Part shown: positions 12,753 to 22,549 of the stretch, piece after piece | Position numbering within the stretch: the first letter of the stretch is position 1 | How the letters are laid out: each line of letters opens with the position of its first letter | Origin: Spirochaetia bacterium | GTDB taxonomy: Bacteria; Spirochaetota; Spirochaetia; SZUA-6; Bin103 | Direction: 5' to 3' | NCBI GenBank assembly: GCA_965203055.1 | Contig: OZ241863.1 | Location: 160,001 to 224,000, forward strand | Length of the DNA: 64,000 nucleotides | The notes under the pieces: generated by a model | The model's input: only the letters and a program-made list of their open reading frames with translations | What the model was told of the DNA's origin: nothing | The model's database searches: none | Translations under genes and position numbers: made by a program

Positions 12753-15446
12753 ATGAAGTTGCGGCGCTACTACTCCGGGGATACCGGTCCATCCGCCCGG
12801 CGGCCGCCGGCGGCGCTGCTCGGCCGCCTGTTGCGCCGCCGGCGCAACGCCCGGCGCGACCGCGGCGAGGCGAGGTTGCGGCGCACGGCGCAGCGGGTTG
12901 CGCTGCGGGCGTTCAACAAGCGCTGGACGGTGTGGTGGTTCCTCCGTTCCCGGCTGCGGCCGCGGAACGGCGCCGGCCGCGGCCGCGCGCCGCGGCCGGG
13001 CGAGTCGGCGCCGGCCTTCGATCTGCGGGCCTGCAACCCCATTCACTGGCCGCGCGCCGCCCGCGCCCGGGTGGCGGCGCTGGGGCCGCTCGAGCGGCTG
13101 CCGCCGGGGGTCAGGGCGGACCGCGCCGCCCGCGCCTGGAACCCGCTGCGGCTGCGCCGCTACCACCACGTGGAGGACGCGCCGGCGTTCCACGCCGGAC
13201 CGGTCAGCCGGGCCGGCGCGCTGGCCCGGCTGGCCGCGGCCGGGGTGGTGCTGCACGCCGCGGATGCCGACCCCCGGCTCCAGGCGCTGCTCGGCGCTGA
13301 ACTGCATCGACTGATTACCGCCGACGTGGACGGCCTCGATGCCGGCGGGCGCGAGTTGCGCAGCATCGGCCTGCGCCGGGCGGCGCTGCGCAGCCACTCC
13401 ACGTGGGCGCGCGGCGCTGCGCAGCTGCCGTACGTGTCGGTGCTGCTGGCGACCCGGCGCCCGGCGCTGGTGCCGCAGGCGCTCGCCGCGGTGGCGGCGC
13501 AGACCTATCCGCGGCTGGAGCTGGTGCTGGCGCTGCACGGGAACGAAGCGGCCTTCGCCGGCGTCGAGCGGCGCGCGGCCGAGCTGCCGCTCCCCTGCCG
13601 GATCGTGCGCGTGGCGGGCGGCGCGCCGCTGGGCGCGGTGCTGAACGCCGCGGTCGCGGCGGCCGGCGGGGAGCTGCTGACCAAGATGGACGACGACGAC
13701 CGCTACGGCGCCGATCACGTCTGGGACCTGGTGCTCGCGCGCGAGTACTCGCGCGCGCAGTTGGTGGGCAAGGCCGCCGAGTTCATCTACCTTGCCGCTT
13801 CGGATCGGATGGTCCACCGCTTCGCCGGCGAGGGGGAGGCCTACCGCTACTTCCTGATCGGCGGCACGCTGCTGATCGCCCGCCGCGACCTGGAGCAGGT
13901 GGGCGGCTGGCGCAACGTGCCGGCGCGCGAGGACTTGGGGCTGGTGGAGGACGTCCTGCGCGCCGGCGGGGCGGTATACCGGACCCACGGCGCCGGATTC
14001 GTGCTGGTCCGGCACGGCGCCGGCCACGCCTGGGCCGCGGGCGACGACTACTTCCTGTCGGTCGCCGGCCACGTCAGCCGCGGCTGGAATCCGGCGCTTG
14101 CCGGGCTCCCGGACCGGTCGGCGCGGCCGCCCGCCGCCGCGCCGGGCGGGGCCGGGCCGCCGCCGGCGGGCGGCGTCGAGGAGGAGGCGCCGCCCGCGTC
14201 CCTCCTGTGGCGGGCAGCCAACAAGCGCCGCACGGTGGGGTGGTTCCTCCGCTCCCGGCTCGGGGCGGCGGAGCGTCTGGCCGCTCGCGGCGCCGCGCCC
14301 GCCCGCTCGCCCGCCGGGGAGTCGGCGCCGGCCTTCGATCTGCGAAGATACAACCCGATACACTGGCCGCGCGTCGCCCGCGCGGCGGTGGCCGCGCTGG
14401 GGCCGCTCGACCGGCTGCCGCCCGGCGTCACCGCGGACTGCGCCGTCCGCCGCCGCGACCCATTGCGGTTGCGCCGCTACCACCACGTGGAGGACGCGCC
14501 GGCGTTCCACGCCGGCGCCGTTGCGCGGGCCGGCGCGCTGGTCCGGCTGGCCGCGGCCGGGGTGGTGGTGCACGCGGCGGACGCCGGGCCGCGGCTGCGG
14601 GCACTGCTCGGCCGCGAGTTCCATCGGCTGCTGACCGCGGGCGCCGGCGCGCTGGACGCCGGCGCCCGCGAGCGGCGCAGCATTGGCCTGCGCCGGGCGG
14701 CGCTGCGCGAACACTCGTCGTGGGCGCGCGCCGCGGCGCGCCTGCCGCCGGTGTCGGTGCTGCTGGCGACCCGGCGCCCGGCGCTGGTGCCGCAGGCGCT
14801 CGCCGCGGTGGCGGCGCAGACCTATCCGCGGCTGGAGCTGGTGCTGGCGCTGCACGGGAATGAAGCGGCCTTCGCCGGCGTCGAGCGGCGCGCGGCCGAG
14901 CTGGCGCTCCCCTGCCGGATCGTGCGCGTGGCGGGCGGCGCGCCGCTGGGCGCCGTGTTGAACGCCGCGGTCGCGGCGGCCGGCGGGGAGCTGCTGACCA
15001 AGATGGACGACGACGACCGCTACGGCGCCGACCACGTCTGGGACCTGGTGCTCGCGCGCGAGTATTCCCGCGCGCAGTTGGTGGGCAAGGCGATCGAGTT
15101 CATCTACCTGGCCAGGTCGGACCGCACGCTGTACCGCGCCGCCGGGCGCCCCGAAGCCTATGGGATGAACGGCCTGGCGGGCGGCGCGCTGTTGATCTCG
15201 CGGCGCGACCTGGAGTGGGTCGGCGGCTGGCGCAACGCCCGGCGCGGCGTCGATCAGGCGCTGATCGGCGACGTGCTGCGCGCCGGCGGCGGCGTATACC
15301 GGACCCACAGCACCGGCTTCGCGCTGGTTCGGCACGGCGACCGCCACACCTGGGAGCTGGACGACGGCCACTTCCTGGCCCGGGCCGACCGCATCATTCC
15401 GGGCTGGGCCGCGGCTGCGGCCGACGTCGCCGAGCACGACGCCTGA
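12753..15446 (+). CDS. Internally duplicated GT-A (GT2-like) glycosyltransferase with two ~439-aa units
   Basis: Two copies of VSVLLATRRP..AQTYPRLELVL..TKMDDDDRYG..WDLVLA..LVGK..GGW; ATG at 12753 is in frame with the 12063 ORF. Confidence 0.8.
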   Translation: MKLRRYYSGDTGPSARRPPAALLGRLLRRRRNARRDRGEARLRRTAQRVALRAFNKRWTVWWFLRSRLRPRNGAGRGRAPRPGESAPAFDLRACNPIHWPRAARARVAALGPLERLPPGVRADRAARAWNPLRLRRYHHVEDAPAFHAGPVSRAGALARLAAAGVVLHAADADPRLQALLGAELHRLITADVDGLDAGGRELRSIGLRRAALRSHSTWARGAAQLPYVSVLLATRRPALVPQALAAVAAQTYPRLELVLALHGNEAAFAGVERRAAELPLPCRIVRVAGGAPLGAVLNAAVAAAGGELLTKMDDDDRYGADHVWDLVLAREYSRAQLVGKAAEFIYLAASDRMVHRFAGEGEAYRYFLIGGTLLIARRDLEQVGGWRNVPAREDLGLVEDVLRAGGAVYRTHGAGFVLVRHGAGHAWAAGDDYFLSVAGHVSRGWNPALAGLPDRSARPPAAAPGGAGPPPAGGVEEEAPPASLLWRAANKRRTVGWFLRSRLGAAERLAARGAAPARSPAGESAPAFDLRRYNPIHWPRVARAAVAALGPLDRLPPGVTADCAVRRRDPLRLRRYHHVEDAPAFHAGAVARAGALVRLAAAGVVVHAADAGPRLRALLGREFHRLLTAGAGALDAGARERRSIGLRRAALREHSSWARAAARLPPVSVLLATRRPALVPQALAAVAAQTYPRLELVLALHGNEAAFAGVERRAAELALPCRIVRVAGGAPLGAVLNAAVAAAGGELLTKMDDDDRYGADHVWDLVLAREYSRAQLVGKAIEFIYLARSDRTLYRAAGRPEAYGMNGLAGGALLISRRDLEWVGGWRNARRGVDQALIGDVLRAGGGVYRTHSTGFALVRHGDRHTWELDDGHFLARADRIIPGWAAAAADVAEHDA
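13434..15091 (+). repeat. Near-identical ~340-bp direct repeat (13434-13774 vs 14751-15091, offset 1317) within the GT gene
   Basis: Side-by-side reading shows only a handful of mismatches. Confidence 0.9.
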
Positions 15447-16611
15447 CGTCCGCGCGCGCACCGCGCGGGCTCATGCACAGGCCGAGGATGGCCCACTGCA
15501 GCACGCCGATGCTCACCGCGTTCTGCAGCAGCGTGATGGCGAAGATGTTGGTGATGATTACGCTCGTCAGCACGGCGAGCCCGAGCGCCCGCAACGCGGC
15601 GTCCCGCTGCCGGTGCAGCAAGGTCCACAACGCCGCCAGGAGCAGGACGAACGCGCCGAGCCCGACCGCGCCGGTCTGCAATGCGATCTGCAGGAACTGG
15701 CTGTGGGTCGAGAAGGTGATCTCGGACACGTCGCGCAGGATGGTTCCGGCGCCGTAGCCGAAGTAGGGCCGCGCCAGAATCAGATTCAGGATGATCGGCC
15801 AGAACAGCTCGCGCGGACTGCGCACCGACAGGCCGAAGGCAAAGGTCCCGCCGCCGACGATTCCCACGAGAAACTGCGACAGCACGGCCAGAAAGGCGGT
15901 CACGTAGACCGCGAACAGCAGCACCGCGAGCAACGGCAGGTAGGCCAGCCACGCGCCTCCCCGGCGCGTATGGTAGAACCAGAGAAACGCCGGTATCAGT
16001 CCCAGCGACGACGCGATCAGGACTCTGGCGGAGGCTGCGTACGCTATCAGGAACGATCCCAGGACGGCGCCGCCGAGCGCCAGCCATACCGGCGCGGCGC
16101 GCCGGCGGACCGCGAGGCAGGCGAGCAGCAGCAGGACCTGAGTCAACGCCGCGGCGTATTGATAGATCCGCCAGTGGAACGTGGAGGTGCCGATCTCGTC
16201 GCCCAACCGGTCATAGGGAAAGAGGACGACCCGCGCCGCCAGCGCGAGTCCGGCGCCGGCCAGCAGCAGGGCGAAGCCCGGCGAGGCGGACAGATGCTCG
16301 CCGTACTGGTAGGCCGCGGCGAGGTAGATCGCGACCAGCAGGATCACTCCGGTATGCACCGCGGCGCGCGGTTCCGGGTTGCCCAGCGCGGAGACCGCGT
16401 ACACGGCGAACAGCGCGGCGAATGCGAGCAGGACCGGCCGGAAGCCGCGCGCCAGGCTGCCGTCGAGCAGGAACGGCACCGCGCAGGAGGCCAGGGCGCC
16501 GGCCAGCAGGAGATCGCCGAGCGCCGCGTCGTACAGGCCGGTGGCGGCATTCACCGTGGCCGCGAGCACCCCCAGGGAAATCGTGAATGACGCCACCGTC
16601 TGATGGCGCAT
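15394..16611 (-). CDS. O-antigen polymerase/ligase-family (Wzy_C) membrane protein
   Basis: ~10 TM segments; SAR, R..FW..ILNLILARPYFGYGAG, THSQFLQIALQTGAVGL; next to Wzz. Confidence 0.75.
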   Translation of the reverse strand: MRHQTVASFTISLGVLAATVNAATGLYDAALGDLLLAGALASCAVPFLLDGSLARGFRPVLLAFAALFAVYAVSALGNPEPRAAVHTGVILLVAIYLAAAYQYGEHLSASPGFALLLAGAGLALAARVVLFPYDRLGDEIGTSTFHWRIYQYAAALTQVLLLLACLAVRRRAAPVWLALGGAVLGSFLIAYAASARVLIASSLGLIPAFLWFYHTRRGGAWLAYLPLLAVLLFAVYVTAFLAVLSQFLVGIVGGGTFAFGLSVRSPRELFWPIILNLILARPYFGYGAGTILRDVSEITFSTHSQFLQIALQTGAVGLGAFVLLLAALWTLLHRQRDAALRALGLAVLTSVIITNIFAITLLQNAVSIGVLQWAILGLCMSPRGARADVRRRARRRRPQPRPSPE

Positions 16612-16628
16612 GGGCCGCGCGGGCCGCG

Positions 16629-17840
16629 TCAGCGAGCGCTCCAATTGCGGACCGCGTTGAGGACCAGGGCCGCTACCATCCCGATCGCCAGGAACGCGGC
16701 GAACGCGAACATGAGTATTCGGCGGCGCGACGGACCGGACCTCAGGTCCGGGACCTCCGCCCACTCCAGCACCTGAAACACCGACTCCTGCCCGGCCGCC
16801 TCGAGCTTCGCCAGCTCGTACTCCCGTGACAGCAGCTTGAAGAGTTCGACCTGCACCGCTTGTTCAAGGCGCAGGCGGGCGAACTCCTGCGCCAGGTCCG
16901 GCAGCTCGGCCTGCGCCGGAAGCTGCCCGTCGAACTCCACGTATCCCGATTCCATTTCGTCGATGAGCTGGCCGAGATTCTCGCGTTCGGCCTGCAGCAC
17001 CAGCAGCGCCGAGTCGTTGCTCGGAGCCACGCCGGCGTAGGTCTGAATCTCCACTTCCTGCAGCAGCAACTGGGTATTCAGGTCGGCCATGCGGCGCACG
17101 TATTCGCGCGCCAGATCGTCGACGTTCAGCACCCCGTAGCGCTGCTGGAACTCCTTGATGCGTTCCGCGTAGTGGACGATCTGCCGTTCCACCTCACCGT
17201 GCCGCAAGGCGATCAGATCGCGCCTGGTACGGCCGCGGTCGATGCCGAGTTCTTCGAACCGCTGTTCGAGTGTCTCCACCAGGCGGTTGACGACCGCGGC
17301 GGCGAATTCCGGTTCGGCGCTGCGGTACGCAATGCGCAGCGTTCGCTCCGAGAATTGGGTCTCGAACGTGGCCTTGGACAGAAACCGCTTTCGCACCGCG
17401 CCGCGCACCTGCGTGGTGATGTTGTAGCGCGCGGCCAGGTCGAAGTGCTTGGCGACCCGGTCGACCGTCGTCTTGCTGTTCAGGAGGGTGACGGCGAGCC
17501 GCATGTTGTTGACCTGACCCGGCAGCAGGCCGGACAACGAGGAGTTGCTGAGCAGATTGCTCACCTCCGCATTGAAGTCGGGCGCGCTGACCGACCGGGG
17601 TATCAGGAGCAGCGCTTCGGCCTGATAGACGTTGGGCAGCGGGTTGCGCTCCTCGGGCAGCACCAGGGAGAGCAGCAGGTAGATCAGTACCGCGGTGGTA
17701 CCGGCCGCGGTGACCGCGGCAATCAGCCAGCGGTACCGCCAGAGGACGCCGGCCAGGTACCGGATGTCGTAGGCCGCCTCGGGCGCCGGCTCCCGTGACG
17801 GCAACTCTCCCGCGCCGCGCGCGTCGCCCACCTCACTCAC
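16629..17840 (-). CDS. Wzz/GumC-type polysaccharide co-polymerase (chain-length determinant)
   Basis: N-terminal TM (LWRYRWLI..), coiled-coil periplasmic region, FQVLEWAEVPD..SGPSR followed by C-terminal TM. Confidence 0.85.
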   Translation of the reverse strand: MSEVGDARGAGELPSREPAPEAAYDIRYLAGVLWRYRWLIAAVTAAGTTAVLIYLLLSLVLPEERNPLPNVYQAEALLLIPRSVSAPDFNAEVSNLLSNSSLSGLLPGQVNNMRLAVTLLNSKTTVDRVAKHFDLAARYNITTQVRGAVRKRFLSKATFETQFSERTLRIAYRSAEPEFAAAVVNRLVETLEQRFEELGIDRGRTRRDLIALRHGEVERQIVHYAERIKEFQQRYGVLNVDDLAREYVRRMADLNTQLLLQEVEIQTYAGVAPSNDSALLVLQAERENLGQLIDEMESGYVEFDGQLPAQAELPDLAQEFARLRLEQAVQVELFKLLSREYELAKLEAAGQESVFQVLEWAEVPDLRSGPSRRRILMFAFAAFLAIGMVAALVLNAVRNWSAR

Positions 17841-17940
17841 TATGCCTAACCGATAGACCGGGATTCACAGCCGGAGCGGCTGCAGACGGTACCCCTCAAA
17901 GTTCGCTACCGCGGCGCTGCTTGTCAACCTCGGCGCCGCG

Positions 17941-17969
17941 CTGACTTCACTGAGCGCTCCCCTTATAAT
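17941..17969 (+). promoter_or_regulatory. Putative sigma-70 promoter for sulfatase-wzx
   Basis: CTGACT-17 nt-TATAAT. Confidence 0.55.
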
Positions 17970-17984
17970 ACCCGTCCATCGAAG

Positions 17985-20057
17985 ATGATGCTGTCGAGAT
18001 CGTGTTTGGCCGGCGCCTCCCGCCGGAGATCGCCGGCGCAGGCGGTCCGCCGGGCGGCGCTGCCGGTTGCGCTGGCGTGCTGCTACGTTCTGGCCGGCCG
18101 GTGGCCGGCGGCCTCCCAGGAGCGCCCCGCTGACGAGCGCCCGAACGTCGTGGTCATCCTGGCGGACGATCTGGGCTACCGCGACGTCAGCTATCAGGGG
18201 GCGGCCGATATCGAGACCCCGCACATCGACCGGCTGGCGCAGACCGGCGTCATCTTCAGCAACGGCTATGTAGCGCATCCGGTCTGCTCGCCGTCGCGCG
18301 CCGCCCTCATGACCGGGCGCTACCCGGCGCGGTTCGGCATGGAGCTCAACCTGTCCTATGCGCCGTTCGACGAGCATCACGGCCTTCCGCTGCAGGAACG
18401 CACCGTCGCCGGATACCTGCGGGAAGCGGGCTACCGCACCGCCATGGTAGGAAAGTGGCATCTCGGCGCGGCGCCGGCATTCCACCCGCTCAACCGCGGC
18501 TTCGACTATTTCTACGGCTTCACCGGCGGCGGGCACGATTACTACCGCATCGACCTTACCCGATCCCCGCTGAAGGAATACCTGCTGCCGCTCAACGACG
18601 GGCGCGGCGCCGCCGGATTCTCCGGCTACCTGACCGATGCCCTCACCGACCGGGCGCTCGAGTTCATCGCCGCGGAGCGGGACGAACCGTTCTTCCTGTA
18701 CCTCTCCTACAACGCGCCGCACACGCCGCTGCAGGCGCCGGCGGAGACGGTGCGGAAGTATCGTCACGTCGCCGACGGCAACCGGCGCAGATACTTGGCG
18801 ATGATCGACTCGCTGGATCACAACGTGGGCCGCATCACCGCGGCGTTGCAGGAAGCGGGGCGCCGGGAGAACACGTTGCTCTTCTTTCTGAGCGATAACG
18901 GCGGTTCGTCCGGCGCGCGCCAGAACTGGGCGGACAACGGGCCGTTGCGGGCCGGCAAGGGCAGTCTGTTCGACGGCGGCATTCGGGTGCCCTTCGCCGC
19001 CTCGTGGCCGGCCCGCTGGCCCGGCGGTACCACCTTCGAGCCGATGGTCATCAACCTGGACGTCGCCGCCACCGCGCTGGCCGCGGCCGGCGCGGTGGCC
19101 GCCGCGGACCGGCCGCTCGACGGGGTGAACCTGGACCCCTTCATACGCGGCGCCGCGGCCGGCGTCCCGCACGAGGCGCTGTTCTGGGCAACCGACCGCA
19201 TCAAGGAACAAGACGTAGGATACGCGGTGCGGACGGCCGATACCAAGTTGGTCAAGGACCGTCTCGGGGCGGGGCCGGCGCTGTTCGACCTGCGCGCCGA
19301 CCCCGGAGAGACGCGCGACCTGCTCGCCCGGGAACCGGCCACCGCAGCGCGGCTCGCCGCGCTCTGGAACGACTGGAACGAGCGCAACTCCACCGATTTC
19401 TTCTTCTGGAACCAGTTGTACCAGACCGAATTGCACGAGATGCAGTGCCGCATCGAACGCTACATGCGCTACTCCGGCTCCGGCCGGCCGCCGCTGCAAC
19501 TGGCCGGCGAGCCGCCGGCGCCGACCCGCGCCGCGCCGGTCGCGCCGCCCGCTCCGGCCGGGCTCGCCGCCGCCGCCGGCGACCGCTCGATCGAACTCAC
19601 CTGGGACGATCCCCGCGACCACGGCATCATGTTCTATGAGATCCGACACAAGAGCTCGCAAGAGAGCGACTGGAGCGAGTGGACCGGCGCCGGCATCTGC
19701 AGCTATGCCGAGACCAGCCACACGCTGTTCGGCCTCACCAACGGCGTACGCTATCGGGTCCAGCTCCGGGTCCACAACGCGGCCGGCGCGAGCGAGCCGA
19801 GCGAGGCCGCGGCGTCCCCGCAGGAGCCGGGGCGGATCGCGTCCGCGGAGCGGATCGCCTCCACCGCGCCGGCGGGCGCCTCGAGCTCCGCCCCGCCTGC
19901 GGCTCCGCCGCCCGGAGCCGCCACCGCGGCGGAGCCTCCGGCCGCCTTGCCGGGGGCGCCGTGGCTGCTGGCCGGCGCGCTGTTCGCGGCCTTGGCGGTC
20001 GGCACGGCGGCGGCCGTCCGGCGCCGCGCCGCCGGCCGCCGCCGGAGCGCTTGCTGA
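17985..20057 (+). CDS. Secreted formylglycine-type sulfatase with one FN3 domain and a C-terminal membrane anchor
   Basis: PNVVVILADDLGY, CSPSRAALMTGRY, GKWHLG, YNAPH, SDNGG, GKG..FDGGIRVP; FN3 at ~19545-19820; Pro/Ala linker, TM, RRR tail. Confidence 0.9.
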   Translation: MMLSRSCLAGASRRRSPAQAVRRAALPVALACCYVLAGRWPAASQERPADERPNVVVILADDLGYRDVSYQGAADIETPHIDRLAQTGVIFSNGYVAHPVCSPSRAALMTGRYPARFGMELNLSYAPFDEHHGLPLQERTVAGYLREAGYRTAMVGKWHLGAAPAFHPLNRGFDYFYGFTGGGHDYYRIDLTRSPLKEYLLPLNDGRGAAGFSGYLTDALTDRALEFIAAERDEPFFLYLSYNAPHTPLQAPAETVRKYRHVADGNRRRYLAMIDSLDHNVGRITAALQEAGRRENTLLFFLSDNGGSSGARQNWADNGPLRAGKGSLFDGGIRVPFAASWPARWPGGTTFEPMVINLDVAATALAAAGAVAAADRPLDGVNLDPFIRGAAAGVPHEALFWATDRIKEQDVGYAVRTADTKLVKDRLGAGPALFDLRADPGETRDLLAREPATAARLAALWNDWNERNSTDFFFWNQLYQTELHEMQCRIERYMRYSGSGRPPLQLAGEPPAPTRAAPVAPPAPAGLAAAAGDRSIELTWDDPRDHGIMFYEIRHKSSQESDWSEWTGAGICSYAETSHTLFGLTNGVRYRVQLRVHNAAGASEPSEAAASPQEPGRIASAERIASTAPAGASSSAPPAAPPPGAATAAEPPAALPGAPWLLAGALFAALAVGTAAAVRRRAAGRRRSAC

Positions 20058-21547
20058 AGCGCGCGCCCGCCCGGCTCCGGGCGTGGCTTACGCGCCGCTG
20101 GACGCGTGACCGGCTGCTGCGCTCGTTCTTCACCCGCGTCAGCGGCAGCCTGTTCAGTCAGGTGCTGCTCATCGCCGCGACGCCGATCCTGACGCGGCTG
20201 TATCAGCCCGCTGACTTCGGGGTGCAGGCGGTGTACACCGCCTGCCTCGCGGCGATCGGCGTCATCGCCGGCCTCGGCTATCAGCAAGCCATTCCGCTGC
20301 CCGAAGATGACGCCGCCGCGGCCGGCCTGCTTCTGCTGTCGTTCGGCGCCGCGCTGGGAGTCGCCGGCGTCAGCGCCGCGGGCGTGGCGCTGTTCGCCGA
20401 GCCGGTCGCCGCCCTGGTGGGCGCCCCGGCTCTGGCCGCGTACTTGTGGGTGCTGCCGCTCGGCGTGCTGGTCACCTCCGGCTGTCAGCTCGGCTACCAG
20501 GCGGCGGTGCGCCGCCGCGCCATGGCGCGCCTGGCGCGGGTCTCGGTGCTGCAATCGGCGGCTGCCGCGGCGGCGCAGGTCGGCGCCGCGCCGCTCGGCG
20601 CGTTCGGTCTGATCGGCGGGCGCCTGGCGGGCCAGCTCGCGGCGCTGGCCGCCGTGGCGCAGCTACCGGTGAGTCTGGTGCGCGGCGCGTGGCCCTCCAT
20701 CCGCTGGCCCGAACTGGCGCGCCTCGGGCGCCGCTACTGGCGGTTTCCCGCCTTCAACGGAGCCGCGGCCGTCGTAACCAAGCTGACTGAACACCTGCCG
20801 GCGGTGCTGTTCGCGGCGCTGTTCGGGCCGGCCGCGGCCGGGCTCTACGCGCTGGCGCGGCGGGTGTCGCTGGCGCCGCTGGCGCCGCTCGGCCATTCGA
20901 TTGCCGACGTGCTTGGCGCGCAGGTCGGGCCGGCGCACCGCGCCGCCGCCCTGGGCCCGCTGGTGCGCCGCGGGTACCGCCTGCTGGCGGCCGTCGCCGC
21001 GCCGCCGCTGGTCGTGCTCGCCGCCAGCGGCCCGGAGCTGTTCGGCGTGGTGTTCGGGGCGCAGTGGCGCGCGGCCGGGGAGTTCGCCCGCTGGCTGACC
21101 CCCTGCGTGCTCCTGCAGGTGATCGTGGGGCCGCTGCACTACTGCTTCTCGGCGCTGCGCAAGCAGGCGCTGTTCGCGGTCTATCAGACCTGCGCGCTGG
21201 CGGCCCTGATTGCGGGGCTGCTGCTCGGGTCGCTCCTCGGCGACCAGTACGCAGGGGTCGGGGCGGCGTCCCTGCTGGCGGCGGGCTGCTACTTCCTGCT
21301 GACTTGGCATCTGTTCCGGCTGACCCGCCTCACGCTCGGCCAGGCGCTGGCGCCGCTGCTCCTCCAGGCCCTGCTCGGATTGCTGCTGGCGCTGCCGGCG
21401 ATCGCCGCGGCAGCGAGCGGGCGGGCCGGCCTCACCCTGGCCGGCGCCGGCGTCACCGCCGGGCTGCTGCTGCTGCGCTACGCGCACCTCTTCCGCGCGC
21501 GCCGCAACGAGGAGCCGCCGCCGGCCGCCGCCGCGCCGGCCGCATGA
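20051..21547 (+). CDS. wzx: Wzx-type oligosaccharide flippase (start approximate)
   Basis: TPILTRLYQPADFG, YQQAIPLP, RYWRFP, FGPAAAGLYALA, ELFGVVFGAQW; 12+ TM segments. Confidence 0.85.
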   Translation: MLKRAPARLRAWLTRRWTRDRLLRSFFTRVSGSLFSQVLLIAATPILTRLYQPADFGVQAVYTACLAAIGVIAGLGYQQAIPLPEDDAAAAGLLLLSFGAALGVAGVSAAGVALFAEPVAALVGAPALAAYLWVLPLGVLVTSGCQLGYQAAVRRRAMARLARVSVLQSAAAAAAQVGAAPLGAFGLIGGRLAGQLAALAAVAQLPVSLVRGAWPSIRWPELARLGRRYWRFPAFNGAAAVVTKLTEHLPAVLFAALFGPAAAGLYALARRVSLAPLAPLGHSIADVLGAQVGPAHRAAALGPLVRRGYRLLAAVAAPPLVVLAASGPELFGVVFGAQWRAAGEFARWLTPCVLLQVIVGPLHYCFSALRKQALFAVYQTCALAALIAGLLLGSLLGDQYAGVGAASLLAAGCYFLLTWHLFRLTRLTLGQALAPLLLQALLGLLLALPAIAAAASGRAGLTLAGAGVTAGLLLLRYAHLFRARRNEEPPPAAAAPAA

Positions 21548-21556
21548 CGAGTGTTC

Positions 21557-22549
21557 TTACGCGCCGGCGGCGGTGACCTTACATCGGCGCGCCACGGTGC
21601 GCGCGAGCTCCCGAAAATCCCGGTAGCAACCGCGCACGGCGTTGGCATGGCCGCCGATGGCGCCGTCCGCCGGCTTCAGGGCGAACATGGGCTTGCGCGC
21701 CTCCTGCGCCAGTGGCATGAGGCTCCGAAAGTGCCTCAGGGTGGCGAGGCACAGGTGGTCATCTTCCATCCGCGGCCGGGGCGTGCCGGTGTCGCCGACG
21801 ACGGAGTCGTGGTATGCGCCCGGAATACGGTCCATCCAGCGTTCATATGCCATGACCGGCCGGTTCAGCCGGACCGCATGTTGGAGCACCACGTAGCCGA
21901 TCGGCTGCATGCCGCCGCCGGGGAGCTCGAGATCCGGCAAGGGATTGCGGGCCCGGCGTTCGGACCAATCCTGCCGCCACCGGCGCAGCGTCGGACCGAG
22001 ATTGCGGAGACCTTGGAGAGAGTAGAGGTCCGGGGCAAGCGGTACGACGACATAGTCCGCGGCCACCAACGCCGCGCGGTTGAGCGCGCCGATATTGGGA
22101 CCGACATCCACCAGAATCAGGTGTGCGCTACAATCCTCCGCGACCATGCGCAGTACCCGCCAGATAGCCGAAAGCACGCGAAACGCTCGTGGTTTGGCGT
22201 CGAGGCAATCCGGCCAATTGCTTCCCAGTTCGTCTTCGGCGCCGGACAACAGCAGGTCGCCGGGGATCAGTTCGATGCCGAGGGCGGGCCGTGCGACCCG
22301 CGGCTTCCGGACGTCGCCGGTTCCTTCCAGCAGCGGCCGCAGGGCAGCATGGATCGTTCCATCGGTTCCATCGGCCCACAGTCGTTCCAGATCTTCGTCT
22401 TCCAGAAACATGCTGGTGAGGTTCGCCTGCGGGTCGAGATCGGCCACGACGACGTTGTAGTCCAGGTTGGCGTACATCCAGGCGAGATGATAGACGAGCG
22501 AGGTCTTGCCAACCCCGCCCTTGTTGTTGAATACGGCGATGCTCTTCAC
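21557..22549 (-). CDS. ParA/Soj-like (AAA_31) ATPase
   Basis: IAVFNNKGGVGKT deviant Walker A, DLDPQANLT, VDVGPNIG; GTG start overlaps upstream TGA. Confidence 0.88.
   Translation of the reverse strand: MKSIAVFNNKGGVGKTSLVYHLAWMYANLDYNVVVADLDPQANLTSMFLEDEDLERLWADGTDGTIHAALRPLLEGTGDVRKPRVARPALGIELIPGDLLLSGAEDELGSNWPDCLDAKPRAFRVLSAIWRVLRMVAEDCSAHLILVDVGPNIGALNRAALVAADYVVVPLAPDLYSLQGLRNLGPTLRRWRQDWSERRARNPLPDLELPGGGMQPIGYVVLQHAVRLNRPVMAYERWMDRIPGAYHDSVVGDTGTPRPRMEDDHLCLATLRHFRSLMPLAQEARKPMFALKPADGAIGGHANAVRGCYRDFRELARTVARRCKVTAAGA

Noticed and set aside
21557..22549. Plasmid/chromosome partition locus
   Set aside because: No ParB, parS or rep gene nearby
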